Below, one piece after another: positions 54,301 through 64,000 of a stretch of 64,000 bases of DNA (the stretch's first letter is position 1; every line of letters begins with the position of its first letter). Below the pieces are notes generated by a model. The model did not search any database. It was given only the letters and a program-made list of their open reading frames with translations, and was not told where the DNA came from. The translations under genes were made by a program, and so were the position numbers. Origin of the DNA: Phoronis australis (taxonomy: Eukaryota > Animalia > Phoronida); contig NMRA01000864.1 of the NCBI GenBank assembly GCA_002633005.1, forward strand, positions 51,660 through 115,659, written 5' to 3'.

Positions 54301-57300
54301 AACCAAAGCCCAGTGATTCGATCCCCAAAGTAAGTGTCCAAGCGGATAGCTTCAGACCACTACGTTTGAAATCCTTGGAAGGTGTACTGCAGCTAACAAG
54401 CATTTGTGGCCGGGTAAGACGTTTTCTTCTACCCTTCATACGACCAAGTTACCGTCCACAGGCGGCGCAATAACCACCGCTGTGAGTGCATGTCTCGTAA
54501 TGACAGTTATTTTTCAACTGAGAAAAATTGGTAAATACGCATAGGACATCTCATGAACACAATTTAATTAGGGACCTCCAACAACTCCCCAGATCAAGTT
54601 TCCACAACTGAAATTGCTTCCCCATTTCATAAAAATCTCCGTTGAAATGGCAAATGTCTATATGAAGGTAAGCTCTCTGTTGCTGATGATTGATATTTGA
54701 TCCCAAGTTAATGCGTGAGGCGAAATATCTCCAGTCAATACAGTTTAAACGATTCTAATCATCTCTTTTTAACATTAACCCTTTAAAGTAACGTTATTCT
54801 TCAGACTTAATATTTGCAGCAAATGTTTTCATGGGAACTATCCCATGAACTTCTCACAAGTTAGCATTCCAGCAGTGGATTATCTGATGAAGTTTCTACG
54901 ACAGAATGGCGACACCTCGACACATTCTATAGAAAATGGCAACCAGTGTAAGTAGCCACGTCGAGACACCGTACACGTTTTGCTTTGGGTAAGCTACAAT
55001 TATATGTCGGCAGGTACGACTAGTCAACGGTGGCACCTGAAAGCAACACTTAACTCACACCAGAAACTTCATAACAGCCAGAGGTCATACCAACGAAAAA
55101 CTCATGGCATAGACAGCACGCTGTATTCTGTTGAATACTGCACGTGTACGTCACGGGAGAGATTGGGGATGGACAGAAATCACCGAAATATGCGTTAATA
55201 TCCTTTAATTAAGCCAGTGGATTTCTAGAAAGTGAAAGCCACTAAAATGTACGTTACAATACTTTCCGATGCACGATTTGGCAATCATTAGCTAACTGTG
55301 AAAAGCGCCGTTTTGTTAAACATTGAAGTAACGAAAGATGCAGTTCCTTAACATCGTCGTAGTGAGGAAGCCTCAACAAAGCTGGGAATCTTAAATGAAC
55401 TTTCCTCGCATTTCAGTTGATGACTGCGCTCAATGATGGAAGCCCTCGCAAATTTTCACAGCCAGTCCAATTGCAAAGTAACAAAATTCATCTTCTTAAT
55501 TGAATAATTGCTAATACCATTTTGATAGAATTCTACTGAACAGATTCCAAGTACATGTACGTTACGTATCGCAAACAATGCAAAACACACATTAATGAAT
55601 TTCTAGTCCTCCTTAGGGGACTCTACATAAACGAGTGAAGTTGGATTGTTTGGATGGCGTGTACACGTTAATTTCCAGGCTACACGGTACTCACGAATAC
55701 AAAAAGGTAAAGTTGACCAGTTGCCACTTTTTAAGCATTTAGCAAATGCTGGCGTCGATAGGTGATGGTAAAAGCTCGAGCACTCGTAGTTGACAATATC
55801 TCCAACACTGTATTTATCTCGAATGTTACCCACGACGTTGCCGTAAGGGATGGATTCTGGTGGTAGGCACGTGACCTCTGAAATTGACACGGGCTCAAAA
55901 CTGAAGTCAAAACTGTCGTAAGACACAAACGCTTATCAAGGACGAATCTTGTTTTTTTGCGGTAGTCTGATTTCAAATTAAATTCAAACAACACAAATTA
56001 GTGCAGGTAGTCTGACACACGTTATATCAGTCCTGTGCACGTTGCTAAGTTAGTGGATCCAATGCCTTTAAAACATCTGAAACCACTTTGTATATTAGAC
56101 TACTATTACGTAAACAAAGTTCGAAATAAAGCCAAACCTAAAAGATCGCATGGATTGTAGTCATCAGGGGACGGGCACTAAACCAACGTAATAATGATAC
56201 TGGTTCTAAGCGAAATTTCACTGTTTAGCTCCCAGATGTTTAAGAATTTTGATCTGGTAAGGGACTGTATTATGTTCTTTAGTGCGACAGACGCAGCAAT
56301 TTACAAGAAACAAAGTTTATAAGTCAGTGTCTTGACTAATGTGTACTGGATACTTGTACATCTTTTTGAACATACCGAATGCTCAGTATGTAACCCGAGA
56401 CAATACCGCTGATGCCAATAAGTCATACTTTCAGTACAGACACCCCTTTATGTTGGTAACACACACCAACCAGCACCTCCTATGAATTAGGATGCCAAAA
56501 AACACGTGGGGTGTTGGATTTGAAGCATCTTCACAAACATTGAAGAACAACTGGTACCCATGGTTATGAAATAATTGTGAATAACACCATAGGACACTCT
56601 AGTGAAGTGAAGTAAAATAGCAAGGCTTTTGATTTGTGGTGTGAATAAAAAGTAATAAATGTAGAAACAATCCAAAAATGCTGGTAAATCAGAAAAATTA
56701 GGAGCACTCGAAAGACTGTGTCATTTTTTAAAAATGTATTGTGCTTTGCCCGATTTTCAGAAAGGGTACATTTCGCGCTATAAAACGTCGCAAATTGTTT
56801 TAGACAAAATAAATAAACAAACTGGTTCCTGTCTCTGTTATTTTGAGCATTGGTACTACGGTACTCTAGCAGTACATGAATGTGAAATAAAAAAAAACTT
56901 TCATAGCGCCGTTGTGTTCGTTAAGGTTTTTTCACCAGATCTCGTCTCGTTTTCCGTTTCTGTGGATTCGACTTGTTCGTCAATAAACGATATTAAACCT
57001 TGTTTTATTTAATTTACTGTCGTGATGGAAGCTGCTCTTACCCACCCGAAGAGACTCTAATGCAACTGTAGTCTTCTGACAACAAGGACACTTGTTATTT
57101 TTGAGTCAATGACGTGAGTAATTGACATTTTTGGATCCGGAACATTCATTGAACATGGCCTTACGCGCCCCCCAAACAGTGGTCTCTAACTAAAACAGAG
57201 ACCATCACCGCGTATGAGAAGTGGAGGCAGAATCTTATATATACTCTTAGTCTAGACAAAACCTTTGAGCCATTTCTGACTTTTAAGTGCGTCAAGAAAA

Positions 57301-60300
57301 CCAGTGCCTACCCGTTGCGAGGTCTCGTCGATGAAGGCACCGACGTCGATGCTTCCTAGCGACTGACCGCCGTACAAAAGAATGCTCGACTCGAACTCAT
57401 GCTCGGACAAGTGGCTAATTACTGCCCCGTCCTCTCCCGGAAATCGATAGTCAAAAACTCGGTGTCTCTGGCTGACAACTTGCAAAAAATCAGACAGCAC
57501 TTTGGCTTTGCCTCAATCGGCGCTCATTTTTTAGACCTTTGCAATATCCGCCTGCAACCCGACGAGCGTCCCGAGGACCTCTACCAACGTTTGACTGCCT
57601 TCTTCGAAGACAATCTCCTCTAATCTGACTGCGGCCTTGCCCACCATGGAGCAGCCGTGCATTATGAGGAGGACTTGAACCCGACGCTGGAAAATGTTAT
57701 TGTACATGTATATATACATGTATGGCTTGGACTGGTTCACCCGGTCTTGCCACTTCTAGTCAAGTAAAAGTATGGAGCTGAGCTTCGTAACAACACACTG
57801 GCTTCGATTAAAACGGAAATATCTCTCGCACTAACTTCACTCCCGGAGGAACTCTGGACTATCGAGGACACCCGTGTGATGCGCACTGGTGTACCTCCTG
57901 GGCCCGGTCTCCAAACTTTTTTCTCAAAATGGAACTCAAAATTAGGTTTGGCATTTTCTACTCTACTTTTAAGCAAACTCAAGACAAGTGTCTATTATTC
58001 TATGCTCGAGTACACTATAACTTTCGTAGATAATTTATTGCCCTTAGTTCAGAGTTTGTAAATCCAATATTAAAGAAATAAGTTCGAGTTTGAACTCGAA
58101 ATTTCGAGTTTTTACTAGAGTTTGTAGCACGAATATAAGGGTCTTCAAGGGCAAACTTGAACTAGAAACTCCTATGCATAAACTATAATGTATTCGAGCA
58201 CAGTCTGATAACCAATTATNNNNNNNNNNNNNNNNNNNNNNNNNNNNNNNNNNNNNNNNNNNNNNNNNNNNNNNNNNNNNNNNNNNNNNNNNNNNNNNNN
58301 NNNNNNNNNNNNNNNNNNNNNNNNNNNNNNNNNNNNNNNNNNNNNNNNNNNNNNNNNNNNNNNNNNNNNNNNNNNNNNNNNNNNNNNNNNNNNNNNNNNN
58401 NNNNNNNNNNNNNNNNNNNNNNNNNNNNNNNNNNNNNNNNNNNNNNNNNNNNNNNNNNNNNNNNNNNNNNNNNNNNNNNNNNNNNNNNNNNNNNNNNNNN
58501 NNNNNNNNNNNNNNNNNNNNNNNNNNNNNNNNNNNNNNNNNNNNNNNNNNNNNNNNNNNNNNNNNNNNNNNNNNNNNNNNNNNNNNNNNNNNNNNNNNNN
58601 NNNNNNNNNNNNNNNNNNNNNNNNNNNNNNNNNNNNNNNNNNNNNNNNNNNNNNNNNNNNNNNNNNNNNNNNNNNNNNNNNNNNNNNNNNNNNNNNNNNN
58701 NNNNNNNNNNNNNNNNNNNNNNNNNNNNNNNNNNNNNNNNNNNNNNNNNNNNNNNNNNNNNNNNNNNNNNNNNNNNNNNNNNNNNNNNNNNNNNNNNNNN
58801 NNNNNNNNNNNNNNNNNNNNNNNNNNNNNNNNNNNNNNNNNNNNNNNNNNNNNNNNNNNNNNNNNNNNNNNNNNNNNNNNNNNNNNNNNNNNNNNNNNNN
58901 NNNNNNNNNNNNNNNNNNNNNNNNNNNNNNNNNNNNNNNNNNNNNNNNNNNNNNNNNNNNNNNNNNNNNNNNNNNNNNNNNNNNNNNNNNNNNNNNNNNN
59001 NNNNNNNNNNNNNNNNNNNNNNNNNNNNNNNNNNNNNNNNNNNNNNNNNNNNNNNNNNNNNNNNNNNNNNNNCTCGAACCTAGGTTGGATAACCCTCTCA
59101 AATCACTCGACCCTAAGACAGCTTGGCCACGACCACAGGAAATCTCCTCAGTCGCCCACACCGTACGTGTAACGAACAATACTTATTCACCAATGCTAAT
59201 TAAACTTGGCGAACACATCTGCAAGGTAAGACAACTTTCAGAGTCGCTACGCGCCCGTGTCACAGGTTCTATCCGCCATTAGCACCCCGCCTCCAGGCCC
59301 CCATACTAAACCACCATTTTTTATTCCATCCAGCTTTACCCTGATTTACTCCTCCCTGGCGACATACGGGTCCCCTTCCAAGCGCTACACGCTGAATTCG
59401 ATGATGTATTCAACCCTGCCGTTTCTAAGTACAATGGCGCTATTGGGAGGCTGTTGTGAATGTTGAACCCACTCTCCCTCCTCAACAGAAAGGCCGACTT
59501 CTCCAATACAACCGCGAGTCTCTTGTTGAACTTCAGACACAATTTGATGACCTCGAGGCAGCTGGTGTTTTTGCCAAGCCAGAACAGGTGAATGTTCATG
59601 TAGAATATCTTAACATCTTATTCCTCAGGAAAAAGCCAAGCGGCGGTAGTCGTCTTGTTACCTCATTTGGAGAGGTTGCCCGCTATTATAAGCCCCAACA
59701 GTCCCTCATGCCCAATGTGGACAGTGTCCTACGCGACATCGGAAAATAGTATCTGACCTATTGCAGTCCTTCTACCAGATTCCTCTCACTCATTCGTCCA
59801 TGAAATATCGTGGTGTCGCTACGCCATTTAAAAGCATTCGCGTTTTCACTCCATCTGCAATGGGGATGCCGGGATCATAGACTTGTCTTGAGGAGCTCAT
59901 GTCCAGAGTTCTGGGTGATCTCATTCAGCAAGGTTGGGTCACCAAAATCGCATATGATCTGTATGTAGGTGGAAGCTCACCTGACCAGGTGCTCCAACGT
60001 TGGAGACTAGTCCTCCAGGCTCTTCGACGAAACAATCTGCGTCTATCCGCCAAGAAATCCGTCATCTGCCCTAAGTCAACCAACGTCCTTGGTCGGAAAT
60101 GGTCCCAGGGTTCTTTACGGGCCAGCGATCATAAGGTATCAACTCTGTCCTCAGTTGAGCCTTCCACAAGTGTGTTCGGTATCCGATCTTATATTGGGGC
60201 TTTTAAGATACTAAGTCGTGTTCTCCATGGCTATGCCTCTCTTATCGACCCGCTTGAAGCTGTCGTGGCTGGACGCGAGTCTCGTGAACGTATCTCCTGG

Positions 60301-63258
60301 TCCAACGATCACACGGAATTCTTTAAGAGGTCTCAGTATGCTCTCAAAGAAACAAAGGTGATATTCATGCCTAGACCTGATGATCATCTGCTCATTGTGA
60401 CTGACGGTTCTGTGAAGCATCGTGGCCTGGGTGCCACCCAGTACCTGCGCAGAGGGGAAAAACTTCTCCTCGCTGGCTTCTTTAATGCGAAGCTGTTTAA
60501 ACATTAAACACTCTGGTTACCCTGCGAATTTGAGGCTCTGTATATTGGTGCATCAGTCCGTCATTTTTCTGCATATATCATACAGGCCTCCAATCCCAAC
60601 CAAGTCCTGACAGACAGTCGTCCATGCGTTCAGACCGACGGAACACTTATGCGAGGCGAGTTCTCCACCAGCGCTCGAGTATCGACGTTTCTATCTACTG
60701 TACATTGAGCCGTTATGGCATTTCTTTACACCATATTGCCGGTGCAGCGAACCTCCCCTCCAACTTCTCCAGCAGAAACCCAACATCCTGCTAAGACTCC
60801 TCTGGCCAGGTATGTAAGTTCATTGCCGAACTGGAAGATTCAGTCGTTCGAAGCTTGTCGGTTGATGATGCTCTTCAGAGCGCCATGCGTATGCCCTTCA
60901 CAAGCCGCGCAGCTTGGCTGTTGACTCAACAGGAATGCCCAGACTTTCGCCAAAGCCATGCCCACCTGTCTCAGGGTACTTGTCCTTCGCGTAAGCAAAG
61001 CAAAATCAAAGTTGTCAGACGTTATCTCAATGCGGTCTCAATCGCCAACGACGGCGTCTTAGCTGATAAGTCAGCTGAGCCATTCCAACCCCAACGTGAA
61101 CGTATCGTTCTGCCACGCCAGGTTCTGAATGGATTGCTCACAGCCATTCACATACGCTTTGGCCATCCATCCAAGTACCAAACAGAGCGTTTCTTTACTC
61201 GCTACTTCTTTGCACTTGACATCGATAAGGCCATTGACGCTGTCACTTCTGCCTGTCACATCTGCCAGTCTGCCATAACCATACCTGCCTATTTCCAACC
61301 CCAGTCTACCTCCCCACCTTCCGACGTTGTCGGCTCGTCATTCACGGCTGATATTATGCGACGTCATCGGAAGTTCATCTTATCAAGGAGACTGTCACTT
61401 CATACACGTTAACCTCCCTAATCCAAAATAAGACTCATGGTGAAATTCGAAAATTTCTAGTTATTCTTTGTTCTGCATTATGCCCTCTTACTGAAAACGG
61501 AATAACTGTTCGAGTCGACGCGGATCCTGGATTCGTTGCTTTGAAGAATGACCAGATGTTACTTTCACTTGGAATTCACCTTGACATTGGTCAAGTTAAG
61601 AACGTCAATAAGAATCCTGTGGCTGAACATGCAGTTGGTGAGTTGGGCATGGAAATCTTGCGTTCATCTCCAGAGGGTGGGCCAGTGTCCTCTGCAACTC
61701 TCGCCATTGCCACGTCCAATATGAACTCCCGGGTCCGAAGCAATGGTTTGTCTTCTCGTGAATTGTGGACACAGCGGGATCAAGTCACAGGTTGTCAACT
61801 GCCCATTGCCGAGAGGGCAGTGACTCTCCGTCAACACCAACCCCGTATTTACAACCATTTTTCTAGTGTCATGTCAAAGTCCCGTGGTCGCGCTCATAAC
61901 ACTGCACGACTGTTTGCTGGTCAGCTGGCAATCCTAAAGGCTGATCGTGACAAGACAAAGGCCCGCGAGAAGTACCTCGTCACAAGTGTGTCTGACGGTT
62001 GATGTGAGCTGCGTAAGTTCACTCGCTCACACTTCCGCAGTAAAACTTATACTGTACGTGTATCAGACTGCTCCCCGTGTCTTCCACGACTTCAAATCCT
62101 AAGTTGTTTGCCTCAGATCAGCTTGATGCCTGTGATGACGATGACCTAATGCCTAGCCCTACTAGCCACGACCCCTACGATCTTCACGTGCATGATCCCC
62201 CCGGGGGATTACCTGCCCGAGGTACCGCTCACAGCACCTCCATTGCCGGAGGTGATCACTACTCCTCCTCTACCTGAACCAACCCTAGATGCCGGAGCAG
62301 TCGATCCAGTGTCTGATATCCCTCAGCTTTCGGATAAGAAAGATGTCCTTAGCTCCGACGCCGTTTCACAGGATGCCACCACATTACGGAGCTCTCATCG
62401 CAACCGCAACCCCCCCGCATGGCACGATAGTGATTGGATTATGGAGTAGCGCCAGTGGACCGTGTACTCATTCCTTAGTTTTGTTTCCTTGGCAGATGAG
62501 ACGGAGACATGCTAGACAGAGGCTATGCTTAGTTATAAGTGTTTATTGCGTTGTTGTTTAACTGTTATTATGGTTGAAACGTTGTTCGAGCTACTGTACT
62601 CCATAGGCCTACTTTAAGTCGTGTATTGTTGTCCAGCTTCCATTGTACCCAGAAGAGAGGAAAGTGATTACGCCATTGTGTTCATTAAGGTTTTTCCCCA
62701 GATCCCGTCTCGTTTTCCGGTTTCTGTAGATTCGACTTGTTCGTCAATAAACGCTATCAAACCTTATTTTATTTAACTTACTGTCGTAGCCAAAATAATG
62801 AAGTAACATAATAATAGAAATCTCAAGGCCAAAACCCCGTTTTTGGAAATACCTGCACCCTTGTGAAGATTGAAGATTTTTTAGAAAATGAACAACTGGG
62901 TATTATATTATTAGTAAAACACCGATTAAGTTATTTCACTATGTCTTTTATCAAAGTAGAACACATAATTCATGAATAAAATTGAAATTCAAAACATTCT
63001 TGGTTATTTAGGAAATTCAATACCTAAAGTATCTTACTACTTACATGTAAGCTCCAAAATCGAAGCGAAGGTTTGTGATTGGACTATTTCTTACGACGTG
63101 GTCTGCAGAAAGGCAATGATCGTAACCTTTACAGTGATTTTAGAAAAAAAGCTACAACACCAGTACGCAAACTGTGTCGCTAATCGTTGACGATACTTAC
63201 CGATGCAGTATGTCCCGTTTCCTGTGAACCCTGAATGACATGCGCAGACCCCCCTTGG
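42219..63258 (-). CDS. Gene B (5'-partial): secreted modular protein ...EGF-sushi-MAM-EGF-MAM-stop, probable tandem paralog of gene A; 11 exons
   Basis: Exons 63201-63258 (truncated), 55695-55877, 53141-53235, 51519-51648, 50800-50966, 50186-50273, 49592-49708, 49079-49191, 46821-46950, 43512-43708, 42219-42305. GT-AG junctions, consistent phases, TGA at 42219-42221. Confidence 0.87.
43512..43708 (-). CDS. Gene B exon: MAM2 part 3
   Basis: [22 protein letters not shown]...[28 protein letters not shown] (YHMFG...G.L.V); 197 nt. Confidence 0.9.
46821..46950 (-). CDS. Gene B exon: MAM2 part 2
   Basis: [43 protein letters not shown]|gtaggt; 130 nt. Confidence 0.9.
47577..48965. mobile_element. 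Non-autonomous Kolobok-like DNA transposon
   Basis: TTAA on both sides (47573-47576, 48966-48969); TIR AGGAGAATGCCACCC / GGGTGGCATGCTCCT; no transposase ORF. Confidence 0.8.
49079..49191 (-). CDS. Gene B exon: MAM2 part 1
   Basis: [38 protein letters not shown]|gtaact. Confidence 0.88.
49592..49708 (-). CDS. Gene B exon: EGF-like domain
   Basis: [39 protein letters not shown]; 6 Cys, phase 1-1, 117 nt. Confidence 0.9.
50186..50273 (-). CDS. Gene B exon: MAM1 part 4
   Basis: [29 protein letters not shown]; an alternative in-phase donor lies 18 nt further (exon end 50168). Confidence 0.88.
50800..50966 (-). CDS. Gene B exon: MAM1 part 3
   Basis: [23 protein letters not shown]...[15 protein letters not shown]|gtaaca. 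Confidence 0.88.
51519..51648 (-). CDS. Gene B exon: MAM1 part 2
   Basis: [43 protein letters not shown]; phase 0-1. Confidence 0.92.
52098..52272. repeat. 17-bp minisatellite (GTCTGGTGTGTAGTATT)n, ~10 copies
   Basis: Direct inspection. Confidence 0.95.
53141..53235 (-). CDS. Gene B exon: MAM1 part 1
   Basis: [31 protein letters not shown]|gtgagt. Confidence 0.92.
55695..55877 (-). CDS. Gene B exon: sushi/CCP domain
   Basis: [61 protein letters not shown]|gtgagt; phase 1-1. Confidence 0.93.
56901..57023 (+). repeat. 5' LTR (part shared with the 3' LTR)
   Basis: Aligns with 62665-62787 with about 12 substitutions and 2 indels by eye; contains AATAAA. Confidence 0.85.
57155..57898 (+). pseudogene. 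gag: Gypsy gag (frameshifts and stops)
   Basis: [34 protein letters not shown]...[24 protein letters not shown]...[21 protein letters not shown]. Confidence 0.85.
57899..58219. mobile_element. Secondary insertion (MITE-like) nested in Gypsy gag, running into the assembly gap
   Basis: Abrupt switch from GC-rich gag to AT-rich sequence beginning GGGCCCGGT, the same terminus as the MITE at 8623. Confidence 0.55.
58220..59072. other. Assembly gap (853 N)
   Basis: Run of N. Confidence 1.
59073..62449 (+). pseudogene. pol: Gypsy pol: RT - RNase H - integrase, fragmented
   Basis: RT: [10 protein letters not shown]..., [23 protein letters not shown] (decayed ADD). RNase H: IVTDGS. Integrase: H...GHPS...CHIC zinc finger, [19 protein letters not shown]. 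Several stops and frameshifts. Confidence 0.92.
62665..62787 (+). repeat. 3' LTR (probably truncated, no terminal CA)
   Basis: Starts with TG directly after the PPT; similarity to the 5' LTR ends at ...actgtcgt. Confidence 0.85.
63201..63258 (-). CDS. Gene B: C-terminal half of an EGF exon abutting a transposon
   Basis: (PRG)[16 protein letters not shown]|gtaagt; only the last 3 EGF cysteines are present, and the upstream sequence is a repeat copy. Confidence 0.7.
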
Positions 63259-64000
63259 CTGGCGCAAAAAATAAAACAGCAAGGGCGTAGGGAAATGTTG
63301 AGTTTATTAATTAACTTTAATTAAAATTATACGGATGAAATAAGATTTGAATGTATGCTTTTCCGTCGTCTGCTCCACTGTGCAATGAAGAAAATTTACT
63401 TCATTTTTTAAAGAAAATGGAACCTGAGTGACGATGAAAAAACCGAAGCTGCTGGCAAGATGTGAATTTTAATCGAAGCCTTAGTGAATCACTCAGAAAC
63501 ACATAAATTCTCTGTTTGTCAAACCTTAACTTAAGACGATTTCCAAAGCAATCCCGTCATTATTGCCAACACGAAAAACGGATTTGGTCTTTTGGGCATT
63601 TGAAGACTATTTTAAATATTTGAAAATTGTTAAGAACCGATTGCACAAAATATAAAACGTGTAATAAGCATTACAAAAAGAAGTAGGTTTCGCGCACAAA
63701 CGCTGTGGACCATAAAGAAGTAGGTCTCGTAGTAAAGGATTAGTAGTTAAATCGTGCTGGTGTAGTGGTAAAGCACGAGCTCTCTATCCGCCAGGTCGTG
63801 AATTCGAGTCTGTTGTAGCCTATATGCGGTTTTTCCTGTTCGACACGTTCTCCGTGTTTTTTTTTTCCTTTTTTCTTGGATAATACTTCAAGAATCAAGG
63901 AAAATCAAGGAAAATGCTTGATTTTTAGAGGAAAAAACACAAAAATTTCCTGGGCGGGGGGTTTGCCGACCTCCCCCCATTCGGTGCTATGCGCATCTAC
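63249..64000. mobile_element. Same TIR-type element, copy 2 (continues past window end)
   Basis: Colinear with 38795-39680 (ccccttggct.gcaaaaaataaaacagcaag.gcgtagggaaatgttgag ... ttcggtgctatgcgcatctac), with an internal deletion. Confidence 0.88.

Larger units (their letters stand above)
56901..62787 (+). mobile_element. Decayed Ty3/Gypsy LTR retrotransposon, antisense in an intron of gene B
   Basis: Direct repeats at 56901-57023 and 62665-62787; polypurine tract AGAAGAGAGGAAAG (62651-62664) immediately before the TG of the 3' LTR; gag from ATG 57155; RT, RNase H and integrase in Gypsy order. Confidence 0.95.

Noticed and set aside
58172-59179. 335-aa ORF
   Set aside because: Artefact of translating through the N gap.

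Overview
AT-rich, intron-rich animal genomic DNA. The strong TACATGTA enrichment, Helentron-type repeats and Gypsy lineage suggest a marine invertebrate (inference). No prokaryotic features are present. I reconstructed two multi-exon genes on the minus strand by hand from GT-AG boundaries with consistent phases. Gene A has its ATG at 34401 and runs off the window start. Its 18 exons (~755 codons) encode signal peptide - prodomain - astacin metalloprotease (HEILHALGHFHEHVREDRD, SVMHY) - EGF - CUB - EGF - MAM - sushi/CCP. Gene B enters from the window end and stops at 42219. Its 11 exons encode ...EGF - sushi - MAM - EGF - MAM - stop, with exon lengths shared with gene A, so it is probably the C-terminal part of a tandem paralog. 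Gene B carries a decayed Ty3/Gypsy LTR element (56901-62787) in an intron, and its first visible EGF exon is cut by a TIR-type element that supplies an in-frame splice acceptor. The introns also hold a Helentron/HINE-like element, a TTAA-flanked Kolobok-like element, several MITEs, minisatellites, an 853-N gap and a 548-bp duplication at a contig junction. I found no evidence of a wholly new system. The most notable points are the modular astacin tandem pair with rewired cysteines and the TE-disrupted or TE-rescued exon.
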